The notes under the pieces: generated by a model
Database searches by the model: none
Seen by the model: only the letters and a program-made list of their open reading frames with translations
Told to the model about the DNA's origin: nothing
Program-made: the position numbers and the translations under genes
Origin: Candidatus Magasanikiibacteriota bacterium
GTDB lineage: Bacteria; Patescibacteriota; Patescibacteriia; Magasanikbacterales; GWA2-37-8
Length of the DNA stretch: 64,000 bases
NCBI GenBank assembly: GCA_041678665.1
Contig: JBAYNU010000003.1
Location: forward strand, 12,008 to 76,007
Direction of reading: 5' to 3'
Shown here: positions 9,604 through 18,716 of the stretch, piece after piece
Layout: the number at the start of each line of letters is the position of its first letter
How positions within the stretch are numbered: the first letter of the stretch is position 1

Positions 9604-10182
9604 ATGCAAAATTTTAAAAAAGAACGCACTTATACCATGATCAAGCCTGATGGTGTAAAAAAAGGTTTGATTGGCGAAATTATTCGTCGTTTTGAACAGC
9701 GCGATCTTAAAATTGTGGCTTTGGAGATGTTTCAGCCCACCCATGATGAGATTGATAATCATTATCCCAAGGATGAAGCATGGATTCGCCGTGTCGGTCA
9801 GAAAACTTTGACCACTTATGCCAAATATGGGGTTGATGCCAAAAAAGAATTGGGCACTGAAGATGATTTGGAAATTGGTAAAATGGTGCGTATATGGTTG
9901 ATAGATTATATGACTTCCGCACCGCTTGTAAAAATGGTGGTGGAAGGCGTGCATGCGGTGGATATGGTTCGAAAGATTTGCGGTGCTACCTTGCCTTACT
10001 TGGCTGATATGGGCACGATTCGCGGTGATTATAGCGCTGATTCGCCGGCTGTAGCCAACGGTGAAAAACGGGCAGTCATGAATTTAATTCACGCTAGCGA
10101 AACTGCTGCCGAAGCCGAACACGAAATTAAACATTGGTTTGGTAAAAAAACTATTTACGATTATAGCCGCTTCACCGATTAG
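9604..10182 (+). CDS. ndk: nucleoside diphosphate kinase (long form)
   Basis: E-R-T-Y-T-M-I-K-P-D-G-V and N-L-I-H-A-S-E motifs; 192 aa with insertions. Confidence 0.7.
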   Translation: MQNFKKERTYTMIKPDGVKKGLIGEIIRRFEQRDLKIVALEMFQPTHDEIDNHYPKDEAWIRRVGQKTLTTYAKYGVDAKKELGTEDDLEIGKMVRIWLIDYMTSAPLVKMVVEGVHAVDMVRKICGATLPYLADMGTIRGDYSADSPAVANGEKRAVMNLIHASETAAEAEHEIKHWFGKKTIYDYSRFTD

Positions 10183-10195
10183 ATTATCATCTTGA

Positions 10196-10262
10196 GCCAT
10201 GCCTACCGGCAGGCAGGCGAAGCCCCGCCTCGGTGGGGTGGAGTCGAAGGATCTGTCATTTA
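10196..10262. repeat. GC-rich hairpin repeat (copy B)
   Basis: Contains CCCCGCC-tcggt-GGGGTGG and GGAGTCGAAGGATCTGTCAT, shared with copies at 11851 and 13214. Confidence 0.55.
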
Positions 10263-10468
10263 CAAATTTAAAAACACGCCTTAATTGGTGTGTTTTAGTT
10301 TTGTCCGCGGGCGGTCTATTTGTCCCTGGAATATAAGTGGTAAACCGCATGTTTAACCCACGGGTTAAACAGATATAGGTAAACCGATAATTCTAGTTGT
10401 AGAACAGTTTGCACCGCCCGCAGCAAAACTTAATTATATTATACCACTTCGGAGGAAAAAGTTATCCA

Positions 10469-10504
10469 CAGGGCTTCGTCCGCCGACTGGCGGACTACGC
10501 CCTG
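10469..10504. repeat. GC-rich nested hairpin (copy C)
   Basis: CAGGGC-ttc-GTCCGCC-gact-GGCGGAC-tac-GCCCTG nested perfect stems. Confidence 0.55.
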
Positions 10505-10515
10505 TAAACATTGAG

Positions 10516-10878
10516 TTATAAATTACTTGCTAGCCAGTTAATAATATCCGTATCACCAGTGTAGCACTTGGTGCCATCCCAAAGGAATGGTACACCCACA
10601 GTCGCCGTTGGTAATCCACAAATATTGGCCTTGTTAATCATTTCGGCGGCATTGGCTTGATTATACCAGATTTCTTTTTTAGTGATTTGGATTTTAGTAT
10701 CTAAATTATTATTTTTGATAAATTCTTCCACTTTAATACAATGAGGACACTGTTGACCGTAATAAAGAATCGTTCCAGAGGTAGGGGCGGATGTTTTGTT
10801 GAACATAAATAAAGTGCCAACTATTACGATAGTAACAAAAGCGATAAGAATGATGAGATTTAGAGATTTTTTGGTCAT
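10516..10878 (-). CDS. membrane-anchored thioredoxin-fold protein
   Basis: N-terminal TM helix and C-P-H-C redox motif. Confidence 0.55.
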   Translation of the reverse strand: MTKKSLNLIILIAFVTIVIVGTLFMFNKTSAPTSGTILYYGQQCPHCIKVEEFIKNNNLDTKIQITKKEIWYNQANAAEMINKANICGLPTATVGVPFLWDGTKCYTGDTDIINWLASNL

Positions 10879-10990
10879 ATTTTATTGTCATCCCGAATTT
10901 GATTTGGGATCTTGTCTATATTATAGCATAGTTGGTTGTGTTGAGTAAAATAAAATCACCCACCAATGGTGAGTGATTTAAGAAATTATT

Positions 10991-11167
10991 TAAGCGGATT
11001 TTTTGGCATTGGTGCGGCGACAAGTGGAACAAGCGCGAAGGCGTTTGCCATTTATAGTCAAAAATTGTAAGTTGGGTTTTTGGCGTCGCGGAGTTTTGAT
11101 ATTAGAGTGAGAAACGCGGTTGGCGCGAATTGCTTTTTTACCGCAGATAGTACAAGTTCTAGACATA
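10991..11167 (-). CDS. rpmB: 50S ribosomal protein L28
   Basis: Manual translation of minus strand gives MSRTCTICGKKAIRANRVSHSNIKTPRRQKPNLQFLTINGKRLRACSTCRRTNAKKSA, the canonical L28 pattern; 58 aa, below the ORF-track cutoff. Confidence 0.8.
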
Positions 11168-11235
11168 TTTTATGATTGTAAAATTGTTAGTAAAGTAGTA
11201 TAATAATACCATCATTCTTTATTTTTGTCAATACT

Positions 11236-11841
11236 ATGTCTTTTATTAATTTGGTATTTTACTTTCTAGTAATCGTCCCCTCGGCTATTATTCACGAATA
11301 TGCCCATGGTTGGATGGCCGAGCGTTTGGGTGATAAAACCGCGCGTTATGCCGGTCGTCTTACCCTTAACCCGATTAAGCATATTGATCTGTGGGGTACG
11401 ATTTTGATGCCGATTGTTTTGTCGCTTTTAACTCAAGGCTCATTTATGTTTGCCTATGCCAAACCAGTGCCGTATAACCCATATAATTTAAAAAATCAGA
11501 AATGGGGACCGGCTTTGGTGGGTTTAGCGGGACCTTTGGCCAATTTTATGTTGGCTTTGGCATTTTCTATCGTAATTAGAATAATTCCAACCGCGCCCAT
11601 TTCGGAATTTTTGGGCATTATCGTTTACGCTAATTTGCTTTTGATGATTTTTAATTTAGTACCATTGCCACCTTTGGATGGCTCCAAGATATTGCTCGCG
11701 GCCTTGCCCGATGCTACTGCCTATAAAGTCCAACATTTTTTTGATCGTTGGGGATTTTTTATCTTATTACTTTTTGTTTTTTATTTATTCGATTTTATCG
11801 CGCCGATTATTACTGGGTTGTTTAGGGTGCTGGTCGGATAG
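11236..11841 (+). CDS. site-2 protease (peptidase M50) family protein
   Basis: H-E-Y-A-H-G HExxH zinc motif in TM helix, multiple TM segments, L-D-G motif. Confidence 0.65.
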   Translation: MSFINLVFYFLVIVPSAIIHEYAHGWMAERLGDKTARYAGRLTLNPIKHIDLWGTILMPIVLSLLTQGSFMFAYAKPVPYNPYNLKNQKWGPALVGLAGPLANFMLALAFSIVIRIIPTAPISEFLGIIVYANLLLMIFNLVPLPPLDGSKILLAALPDATAYKVQHFFDRWGFFILLLFVFYLFDFIAPIITGLFRVLVG

Positions 11842-11850
11842 TGTCTCACT

Positions 11851-11984
11851 GTCATCCTGAGCTTGCCCCGCCATGGCGGGGCGGAGTCGAAGGATCTCTT
11901 GCGCTTGTCATCCCCGCGAAAGCGGGGATCTGCCCTAATAAGTCGGGGATTCCCTCCGCCAGCTGGCGGATCGTGGGAATGACA
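11851..11984. repeat. composite GC-rich hairpin repeat cluster (copy D, 3 units)
   Basis: GTCATCCTGAGC...GGAGTCGAAGGATC; TGTCATCCCCGCGAAAGCGGGGATC; CCGCCAGCTGGCGG...GGGAATGACA. Confidence 0.6.
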
Positions 11985-12024
11985 TCGAGTGGTTACTCGT
12001 TTCGTTCAGAATGACAAACAAATT

Positions 12025-13224
12025 ATGCTCACTGTTCTATCCGTCTCCGAATTTATCTCTCAAATCAACGACATTATCGCCGGTGAATTTGTAGTGGAAG
12101 GTGAAATATCCGGCTATAAAGTATCCCAAGGCAAATGGGTATTTTTTGATCTCAAAGATGATCGTTCGGTTTTGAATTGTTTTGCAGTGTTGTATCAAAT
12201 CGGACAACCTTTGGAAGATGGCATGAAAGTACGAGTGGTGGGGTATCCGAAAATTTACGACAAATCAGGCCGATTTAGTTTGACGGTGCAGAAAGTAGAA
12301 ATGGTAGGCGAGGGGTCGCTCAAAAAAGCATATTTGCTCTTAAAGAAAAAATTAGAAGAAGAGGGGTTGTTCGCGTCCGCGCGCAAAAGAAATTTGCCGG
12401 AATTACCGGCGTGCATCGGAGTGATTGCTTCGCGCGATAGCGCCGCGTTTGGGGATTTTAAACGCATTATTAATAATCGTTGGAGCGGGCTCACGATTGA
12501 ATTATTTAATGTGGCGGTGCAGGGCGAACAAGCGGTGGGCGAAATTATCGCGGCGTTTGATTATTTTAATAACACCGCAGATAAGCCCGAAGTTTTGGTG
12601 CTCACGCGCGGTGGTGGGTCGCTGGAAGATTTGGGGGCGTTTAACAATGAACAAGTGGTGCGCGCGGTGTATGGCAGTAAAATTCCAGTAGTGTGCGGAG
12701 TGGGGCACGAGCGCGACGAATCACTTTGCGATTTTGCTGCTGATGTGCGCGCCTCCACCCCCAGCAATGCCGCCGAGATTGTGGCGCCGGACAAAAAAGA
12801 TTTTATCAATCAGTTGGAATTTTCTATGGATAATGCTTTGGGTAATTTAGAACACACTTTGACAAAAATGCGTCACGGTATTGATCAAGGATTTTTCGCT
12901 ATCATCAGTCGTTTAGAAGCGCCTTTGAATGGCTGCCGCAGATTGATTGATTCGTTTGTTGGATTAGTTGGTGATTTGGGAGCGAAGATTGAGAGACAAA
13001 GAGAATTTGTTTTGGGCGCGGAAAGATTATTTAACAATATCAACCCCAAGCGTGTTTTACAGCGTGGTTATAGCATTACGCGCGATAAATTAGGCCGAAT
13101 TATTCGTTCGGCCACCCAAGTGGACGCGGGCGACAAAATCATGGTAGAATTGAGCGAAGGAAGTGTGGGGGCGGAGGTGGTTGGTAACAAACCCAAACCC
13201 GCCCAAACACGATTGTCATTCTGA
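12025..13224 (+). CDS. xseA: exodeoxyribonuclease VII large subunit
   Basis: N-terminal OB-fold region (S-V-S-E-F-I-S-Q-I-N...G-E-I-S) and catalytic core; XseB is encoded 1.2 kb downstream; start moved to ATG 12025 to clear the repeat. Confidence 0.8.
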   Translation: MLTVLSVSEFISQINDIIAGEFVVEGEISGYKVSQGKWVFFDLKDDRSVLNCFAVLYQIGQPLEDGMKVRVVGYPKIYDKSGRFSLTVQKVEMVGEGSLKKAYLLLKKKLEEEGLFASARKRNLPELPACIGVIASRDSAAFGDFKRIINNRWSGLTIELFNVAVQGEQAVGEIIAAFDYFNNTADKPEVLVLTRGGGSLEDLGAFNNEQVVRAVYGSKIPVVCGVGHERDESLCDFAADVRASTPSNAAEIVAPDKKDFINQLEFSMDNALGNLEHTLTKMRHGIDQGFFAIISRLEAPLNGCRRLIDSFVGLVGDLGAKIERQREFVLGAERLFNNINPKRVLQRGYSITRDKLGRIIRSATQVDAGDKIMVELSEGSVGAEVVGNKPKPAQTRLSF

Positions 13225-13258
13225 GCGACCCGCCCATGGCGGGGAGTCGAAGAATCCC
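13214..13258. repeat. GC-rich hairpin repeat (copy E) overlapping xseA stop
   Basis: TGTCATTCTGAGCGACCCGCCCATGGCGGGGAGTCGAAGAATCCC. Confidence 0.55.
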
Positions 13259-13306
13259 TTTCGCCACCATTGTTAAATTGCTAAACTGTTAAATTGTTAT
13301 ATTGCT

Positions 13307-13807
13307 ATGAAAATTTTAGTTATATCCGACAGCCATGATAATGTGGCCAATTTGGAAAAAGTTTTAAAGTGGGCGAATAAAAATAATATTGAGGCGTTGA
13401 TTCACGCCGGAGATTTGAGCGCGCCCGGAGTTTTAAAAAATACTTTGGCGCCAGGATTTACCAAAGATATTTATATTATCAACGGCAATGTTTCTGATCC
13501 GGAATTATTGGCCAAAATTAGTTTGGATTTTTCTAATGTTAAATATCTTGGCGGTGAGGGCGAAGCCGAAATCGATGGGAGGAAGATTTATATTACTCAT
13601 TTTCCGCCACGCGCCCAAGCCATTGCCGGTGCCAGTGTGTATGATTTGGTGGTATTCGGGCATACGCACAAATCAGAAACAAGCCAATCCGGAAGTACTA
13701 AGCTGATCAATCCGGGGTCGGTGGGCGGTCTTTACAATCCTGCCACCTTCGCCACTTACGATACCCAAAATGGAGAAGTAAAGATTTTTGAAGTAAACAA
13801 AATATAA
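13307..13807 (+). CDS. metallophosphoesterase (YfcE/MJ0936-like)
   Basis: I-S-D-S-H-D, H-A-G-D-L, G-N-x-S-D, G-H-T-H motifs. Confidence 0.7.
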   Translation: MKILVISDSHDNVANLEKVLKWANKNNIEALIHAGDLSAPGVLKNTLAPGFTKDIYIINGNVSDPELLAKISLDFSNVKYLGGEGEAEIDGRKIYITHFPPRAQAIAGASVYDLVVFGHTHKSETSQSGSTKLINPGSVGGLYNPATFATYDTQNGEVKIFEVNKI

Positions 13808-13808
13808 T

Positions 13809-14417
13809 ATGTCGAAAAAAATCGCTATTGATGTAGTATTATTACTTCCACCAAAAGTTTCGAATTTATCTATCAAGGTAAATAATAAAGCGCTTAAAAA
13901 TGGCTGTAAAGGTGTTTTGTTAAACAAGAAGGATAATTTACCCCACATATCGTTATTTATGGGGGTAATAAATCAAAAAGATATCAATTTAATTGGTGAA
14001 AAAATTAAGATAACAGTTAAAAATTTTAGTCCAATTGTAACTGCCATTACAAAATTAAATTCAGCACCACATGCAGATGGGTTGCGAATGTATGATTTTT
14101 CTTTAAAAAATAATAAGCAATTTCAGTTGCTTCACGAAACTGTGGTTAAAGGGCTTAAAAAGTTTGTCTGTGGCAAGGCAATTTCCGGCATGTTTTATAA
14201 AGACAAAGGGGAGATATTAACAGGCGGCTGGAACTGGGTAAATAATTTTATTAAAAATGCGAGTTTTAAAAATTTTTATCCCCATATTACTTTGCGCACT
14301 TCTTGCGCTTCTTACAATAAATTTCCTGTAAGATTTACAGCTAGTAGATTAGTCATCTGCCATTTAGGTGATCATTGTACTTGCCGTAAAATTTTATGGG
14401 AAACAGAATTAAAATAA
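13809..14417 (+). CDS. 2H phosphoesterase superfamily (LigT-like) candidate
   Basis: Two H-x-S/T-x motifs (P-H-I-S-L and P-H-I-T-L) about 110 aa apart. Confidence 0.4.
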   Translation: MSKKIAIDVVLLLPPKVSNLSIKVNNKALKNGCKGVLLNKKDNLPHISLFMGVINQKDINLIGEKIKITVKNFSPIVTAITKLNSAPHADGLRMYDFSLKNNKQFQLLHETVVKGLKKFVCGKAISGMFYKDKGEILTGGWNWVNNFIKNASFKNFYPHITLRTSCASYNKFPVRFTASRLVICHLGDHCTCRKILWETELK

Positions 14418-14418
14418 T

Positions 14419-14613
14419 ATGACCAAAGACAAGTACAACTTTTCGCAATCGTACAAAAAACTCCAAACCATTGTAGAATGGTTTGAGAAAGAGGATGTGG
14501 ATTTGGAAGAAGGGATTAAAAAATTCGAGGAGGGGATTGGGCTGGTAAAAGAGATGAAGGATTATTTGGGCAAGATGGAAAATAAAATTAAAGAGTTAAA
14601 AAAAGAAGTATGA
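14419..14613 (+). CDS. xseB: exodeoxyribonuclease VII small subunit
   Basis: 64-aa helical protein with F-E-x-x-L-x-x-L-E-x-I-V pattern; operonic near xseA. Confidence 0.7.
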   Translation: MTKDKYNFSQSYKKLQTIVEWFEKEDVDLEEGIKKFEEGIGLVKEMKDYLGKMENKIKELKKEV

Positions 14614-15152
14614 CGGTGTCGATTACCTATTTCGTCCACGGCACTACCACAGACAATGAAAAAGGTTTGGCTACTGGTTGGAATCAAGGTGAATTATCCG
14701 AAACCGGCAAACAACAAGCCGTAAAACTTGGAGAGTTGACGAGCGGGGAGAATTTTGACGTAGTATTTTGTTCTGATTTAAAACGTGCGGTTGATTCAGC
14801 TAATTTGGCATTTGGAAAAAAATATAAAATTATTACCGACAAACGTTTGCGCGAATGTAATTATGGCGAGCGGTCGGGGCTATCTAGCATAAAACCTGAT
14901 GAAATGAAAGCACATGTTGACCAGCCTTTTCCTGGCGGCGAGAGTTATCGTGATGTGGAAAAACGCGTGGTCGAGTTTGTAGAATTTTTAAAAAATAATT
15001 TTTCCGGCAAACATGTGGCGACTGTTGCTCACCAAGGTCCGCAATTGGCCTTGGAAGTGATATGTAATCACTTATCTTGGACAGATGCCATTACCAGCGA
15101 CTGGAGGCGTGTAGGCAAGTGGCAGCCGGGTTGGAAGTATATTATTAATTAA
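14610..15152 (+). CDS. histidine phosphatase superfamily (PGM-like) protein, atypical
   Basis: V-H-G-T-T N-terminal motif (R of RHG missing) and downstream V-A-H-Q-G. Confidence 0.45.
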   Translation: MTVSITYFVHGTTTDNEKGLATGWNQGELSETGKQQAVKLGELTSGENFDVVFCSDLKRAVDSANLAFGKKYKIITDKRLRECNYGERSGLSSIKPDEMKAHVDQPFPGGESYRDVEKRVVEFVEFLKNNFSGKHVATVAHQGPQLALEVICNHLSWTDAITSDWRRVGKWQPGWKYIIN

Positions 15153-15159
15153 AAAATAT

Positions 15160-15501
15160 ATGAAATTATTATTACGTTGGTTAATTTCGGCCGGTACTCT
15201 CATGATGCTGGCGTATTATATGCCCGGCATATCTGTGCATAGTTTTTATAGCGCGCTTATCGCCGCATTGGTTTTGGGTTTAATAAATGCTTTGGTACGC
15301 CCGGTCGCTTTATTATTATCTTTGCCGGTAAACATTCTTACGCTGGGTTTGTTTACATTTGTGATCAACGGTTTAATGTTTTGGTTGGCATCGAGTATTG
15401 TCAAAGGATTTTATGTGGATGGTTTTTGGACGGCTTTTTGGGGAGCTCTCGTAATGTGGATTGTTGGCTGGGTAGTGAGTGCGATGCTTAAAAAATCGTA
15501 A
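15160..15501 (+). CDS. DUF360/YvlD-like 4-TM membrane protein (holin-like family)
   Basis: 113 aa, four hydrophobic helices, pattern resembles YvlD/phage-holin-4 superfamily. Confidence 0.5.
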   Translation: MKLLLRWLISAGTLMMLAYYMPGISVHSFYSALIAALVLGLINALVRPVALLLSLPVNILTLGLFTFVINGLMFWLASSIVKGFYVDGFWTAFWGALVMWIVGWVVSAMLKKS

Positions 15502-15502
15502 T

Positions 15503-15568
15503 GTCATTCCCGCGAAAGCGGGAATCCGCGACTTAAAGGGGCAGATCCCCGCTTTCGCGGGGATGACA
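15503..15568. repeat. GC-rich palindromic repeat (copy F)
   Basis: TGTCATTCCCGCGAAAGCGGGAATC ... GATCCCCGCTTTCGCGGGGATGACA, near-perfect large palindrome with internal hairpins. Confidence 0.6.
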
Positions 15569-15740
15569 AATAAATATGCGTAACTATTCAAGTAACCGAG
15601 CGCAGAAAGGCAAGACGGCGTATCGCACGCCGAGTTTGTATAAGGCGAACAAAGCCATCAAAGCGGCTGATACCAAGGCGCGGATCGCGACGGTAACCAA
15701 TACCATTGATAATTTTTACCTAAGATTTAAAAAGTGATTT

Positions 15741-16427
15741 ATGCCCAGCAATTACAAAATTCTTTCCGTCGGCGGATCAATAATTATTCCCAAAACCGGT
15801 TTTGATATTGAGTTTTTAAAAAAGTTTCGCGAGCTAATTTTGGCTCGAGTGAAAAAAGGCGACAAATTTATTTTAATAATCGGCGGGGGAGCGACTTGTC
15901 GCAATTATCAAGCGGCAGCCAAGGCGGTGGCTGGGCTAAACAATGAAGAATTGGATTGGCTCGGTATCCAGACCACTTGGTTTAATGGGGGGTTTGTAAA
16001 AAGTTTGTTTGGTAAATTAGCGCATAGCGAAGTGATAAAAAATCCCACTAAAAAAATAAAGACCAGTAAGCCGATTATTATTGCCGGCGGTTGGAAGCCG
16101 GGGTGCAGTACCGACAATGATGCTGTGCTTTTGGCCAAGGCCTACAGAGCCAAAACTGTGGCCAATTTGTCCAATATAGATTTTGTATATGACAAAGACC
16201 CAAATAAATTTTACGACGCGAAGAAAATAGAAAAAATTTCGTGGGTTGAATTTAGAAAGATAGTGGGGGATAAGTGGGTAGCTGGCGCCAATGTTCCGTT
16301 TGATCCTAAGGCCGCGAAGCTCGCGCAGAAATTAAAATTAAAAGTAGTTTTTGTCAAAGGTACGGATTTGGGTGAGGTGAAAAAAATGTTGAATGACGAG
16401 GCGTGTCGTGGAACGGTGATTGGGTGA
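15741..16427 (+). CDS. pyrH: UMP kinase, archaeal type
   Basis: I-L-S-V-G-G-S, I-I-G-G-G, G-I-Q-T-T and T-D-N-D motifs of amino-acid-kinase-fold UMPK. Confidence 0.75.
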   Translation: MPSNYKILSVGGSIIIPKTGFDIEFLKKFRELILARVKKGDKFILIIGGGATCRNYQAAAKAVAGLNNEELDWLGIQTTWFNGGFVKSLFGKLAHSEVIKNPTKKIKTSKPIIIAGGWKPGCSTDNDAVLLAKAYRAKTVANLSNIDFVYDKDPNKFYDAKKIEKISWVEFRKIVGDKWVAGANVPFDPKAAKLAQKLKLKVVFVKGTDLGEVKKMLNDEACRGTVIG

Positions 16428-16550
16428 TTTTGTTTTACTTTTGTAACCAAAAGTAACAAAAGTTTTGAGAGGCCTCAAAACTCGCTCGGCCTGCAGAGCC
16501 GGCCGAGCTCAAACATTTCGGCCTCCCAAACCCACCAAGGAATAAAATAT

Positions 16551-16588
16551 AAAAAAAAGCCGGGCGACTGGTGTTGTCGCCCGGGAAA
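16551..16588 (-). terminator. Rho-independent terminator for 16594-16905 gene
   Basis: CCCGGGCGAC-aacacc-AGTCGCCCGG followed by T8 on minus strand. Confidence 0.6.
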
Positions 16589-16593
16589 GAGCC

Positions 16594-16905
16594 TTAGAAT
16601 TTCGGTGGCAGTCCGCACATAGTGCGGAAGAGTCCGGTGATCACCGCGAACGGCGACTGACTCTGCGCGATATACTCACCCCACTTCTTCCCGAACTTCC
16701 TGGAGAAGTTCCAAGCAAATATCGGACGCCACGCATACTTGCCGAGGCATGCGTCCTCGGCGGAAGTAATTCGACGCCATCGCTCGACGTCTTTCCATCC
16801 TGCCAGGTCTTCGAAGCTCGGCATAGGGCAGAAAATGACGGCGAAAACGGTGATAAGAAGCATCACCAGACGCTGACCGATGATATTTTGAAGCAGCTTT
16901 TTCAT
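16594..16905 (-). CDS. hypothetical small membrane/secreted protein, GC-rich
   Basis: 103 aa, N-terminal TM; locally much higher GC than surroundings. Confidence 0.4.
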   Translation of the reverse strand: MKKLLQNIIGQRLVMLLITVFAVIFCPMPSFEDLAGWKDVERWRRITSAEDACLGKYAWRPIFAWNFSRKFGKKWGEYIAQSQSPFAVITGLFRTMCGLPPKF

Positions 16906-17056
16906 GGCCGCCTCCTTTCTATTCTATGAAAGTTGTTTAAAGAACGTAGTAGAACAAAATATTATACTCCCAAAATAAGAGGTTGTCAAGTATTTTGTTG
17001 TTTTTAATGCTTATTTTAGCCAAAATTAAGGTGGATAACTTTTTTAATTTAGGGTA

Positions 17057-17085
17057 TTGACATTTCTCGGCTAATAATGTATATT
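17057..17085 (+). promoter_or_regulatory. sigma70-like promoter of rplJ-rplL operon
   Basis: TTGACA - 17 nt - TATATT, followed by about 110-nt leader (candidate L10 autoregulatory leader). Confidence 0.5.
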
Positions 17086-17197
17086 AATCACATCCATAGA
17101 CAGCAGGTGCCAATTGGCTTAATTTCCTGCCGAGGTACAAAGCAATCGCATCGGTCGATTTGTGCTTATTGGTCTGTGGTAATACACAGATTTTTTT

Positions 17198-17722
17198 ATG
17201 CCAAAAAATAGACAACAAAAAGAAACTACAGTAAAAACTTTGTTAGATGGGCTCAAAGCGGGTAAATCCGCCGTGTTTGCTAATTTTCAAGGTCTCACTG
17301 TTTCACAGACCGAAGAGCTGCGTAAGAGCTGTCGCCAAGAAGGCGTAAGCGTGCTCGCCGCCAAAAAAACTTTGGTCCACCGAGTATTTGAAGAATTGGG
17401 TATCAAAGATGTTGACCCTCAGGCGTTTACTGGAGGCATTGCGACTTTTATTGGCACTGCCGATGAGGTTGCTCCGGCCAAGCTGGTAAACACTTTTGGT
17501 AAGACCCACGAAGTGGTTCAGATTTTTGGCGGACTTTTGGAAGGTAAGTATATTACCGCCGCGTCCGTAAAAAGTTTGGCCGCTTTACCAAACAAGCAAC
17601 AGTTGCTTGGTCAGTTGGTTGGCACACTCAACGCTCCGGTATCCGGATTCGTCAATGTGCTCGCCGGCAATTTACGCGGGTTGGTTGGTGTACTTAATAA
17701 TATCGCGAAAGCGAAAGTTTAA
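17198..17722 (+). CDS. rplJ: 50S ribosomal protein L10
   Basis: 174 aa with conserved L10 N-terminus; immediately upstream of L7/L12. Confidence 0.85.
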   Translation: MPKNRQQKETTVKTLLDGLKAGKSAVFANFQGLTVSQTEELRKSCRQEGVSVLAAKKTLVHRVFEELGIKDVDPQAFTGGIATFIGTADEVAPAKLVNTFGKTHEVVQIFGGLLEGKYITAASVKSLAALPNKQQLLGQLVGTLNAPVSGFVNVLAGNLRGLVGVLNNIAKAKV

Positions 17723-17730
17723 TTAACAAC

Positions 17731-17788
17731 TGTCATTCCGGACTTGATCCGGAATCTGCACAAGATCCCGACTTTCGTCGGGATGACA
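17731..17788. repeat. GC-rich nested hairpin repeat (copy G) between rplJ and rplL
   Basis: TGTCATTCCGGA-cttga-TCCGGAATC ... GATCCCGAC-tttc-GTCGGGATGACA. Confidence 0.6.
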
Positions 17789-17802
17789 ATTAAAATAATT
17801 TT

Positions 17803-18207
17803 ATGTCCGATGAACAAAAAGTAGTAGAGGTGCCGGAAAAATTCAAGGCCCTCGTGGAACAAGTAGAAAAAATGTCTGTTCTTGACCTTTCCGAACTTGT
17901 GAAAGTTCTTGAAGACAAATTTGGTGTGTCTGCTGCCGCTCCGGCCATGATGATGGCCGCTGCTCCGGCTGCCGCTGGTGCTGCCGCCGAAGAGAAGACT
18001 GAGTTCAATGTGGAACTCACTGATGCCGGCGCGAGCAAGATTAATGTGATCAAAGCCGTGAAAGAAATTACCGGTTTGGGATTAGCCGATGCCAAAGCTT
18101 TGGTTGATGGCGCCCCGAAGGTTATTAAAGAAGCCGTGAAGAAAGATGAAGCCGAAGCTATGAAGAAGAAAATTGAAGAGGCTGGTGGTAAAGCCACATT
18201 GAAATAA
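17803..18207 (+). CDS. rplL: 50S ribosomal protein L7/L12
   Basis: Ala-rich hinge, C-terminal [18 protein letters not shown]. Confidence 0.9.
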   Translation: MSDEQKVVEVPEKFKALVEQVEKMSVLDLSELVKVLEDKFGVSAAAPAMMMAAAPAAAGAAAEEKTEFNVELTDAGASKINVIKAVKEITGLGLADAKALVDGAPKVIKEAVKKDEAEAMKKKIEEAGGKATLK

Positions 18208-18220
18208 TATTTCATTCAAA

Positions 18221-18250
18221 AAACGGGGTTAAGCATGCCCCGTTTTTTGT
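18221..18250 (+). terminator. Rho-independent terminator after rplL
   Basis: ACGGGG-ttaagcatg-CCCCGT followed by TTTTTTGTT. Confidence 0.8.
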
Positions 18251-18286
18251 TGTCAAAAAGGCGGTAGGGGAGTAAAATACTGGGGT

Positions 18287-18706
18287 ATGCTTTGGCATTT
18301 TATTAAGGTATATTTTTCTACCGGGTTTGTCATGGTTCTAATTGATGTTATTTGGTTGGGTTTTTTTGTTGATAAGTATTATCATCCCAAACTAGAAAAG
18401 GTGGCACGGCAAAATACTGGCAAGTCATTTAGTCCGGTTTGGTACGCTTCGGTCTTGATTTATGTAGTTTTAACTCTCGGAATAGTATTGTTGGTTTTGC
18501 CTCGGGCGTATGGATTATCGGTTTTTGATACTTTTACTATTGGCGCGTTTTATGGTTTAATTGTTTATGGAATATATAACTTGACTAATTATTCCATATT
18601 AAAAGGCATATCTCTAAATTTAGTATTAATTGACATTATTTGGGGTTCAGTACTTTGTGGTGTCGTATCTATGGCTGCAACTTGGTTTAATAATTTTTTT
18701 GTTTAA
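18287..18706 (+). CDS. membrane protein, unknown function
   Basis: 139 aa, 4 TM helices. Confidence 0.4.
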   Translation: MLWHFIKVYFSTGFVMVLIDVIWLGFFVDKYYHPKLEKVARQNTGKSFSPVWYASVLIYVVLTLGIVLLVLPRAYGLSVFDTFTIGAFYGLIVYGIYNLTNYSILKGISLNLVLIDIIWGSVLCGVVSMAATWFNNFFV

Positions 18707-18716
18707 CTTATTTTGT

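Noticed and set aside
10462-10470. Perfect DnaA box TTATCCACA in the ndk/thioredoxin intergenic region
   Set aside because: A single 9-mer is expected by chance about once per 100 kb on two strands; there is no cluster of boxes or AT-rich DUE, and dnaA is not in the window
10185-10515. 330-bp hairpin-rich convergent intergenic region considered as tmRNA/SRP RNA/other ncRNA
   Set aside because: No tRNA-like ends or SRP domain-IV motif; its GC-rich hairpins belong to the dispersed repeat family that recurs at 7 other sites, so a single-copy structured RNA is unlikely
15566-15727. 53-aa GC-rich ORF (MRNYSSNRAQKGKTAYRT...) between repeat copy F and pyrH
   Set aside because: No recognisable ribosomal-protein or other signature, no clear RBS; could be a tiny basic protein but unsupported
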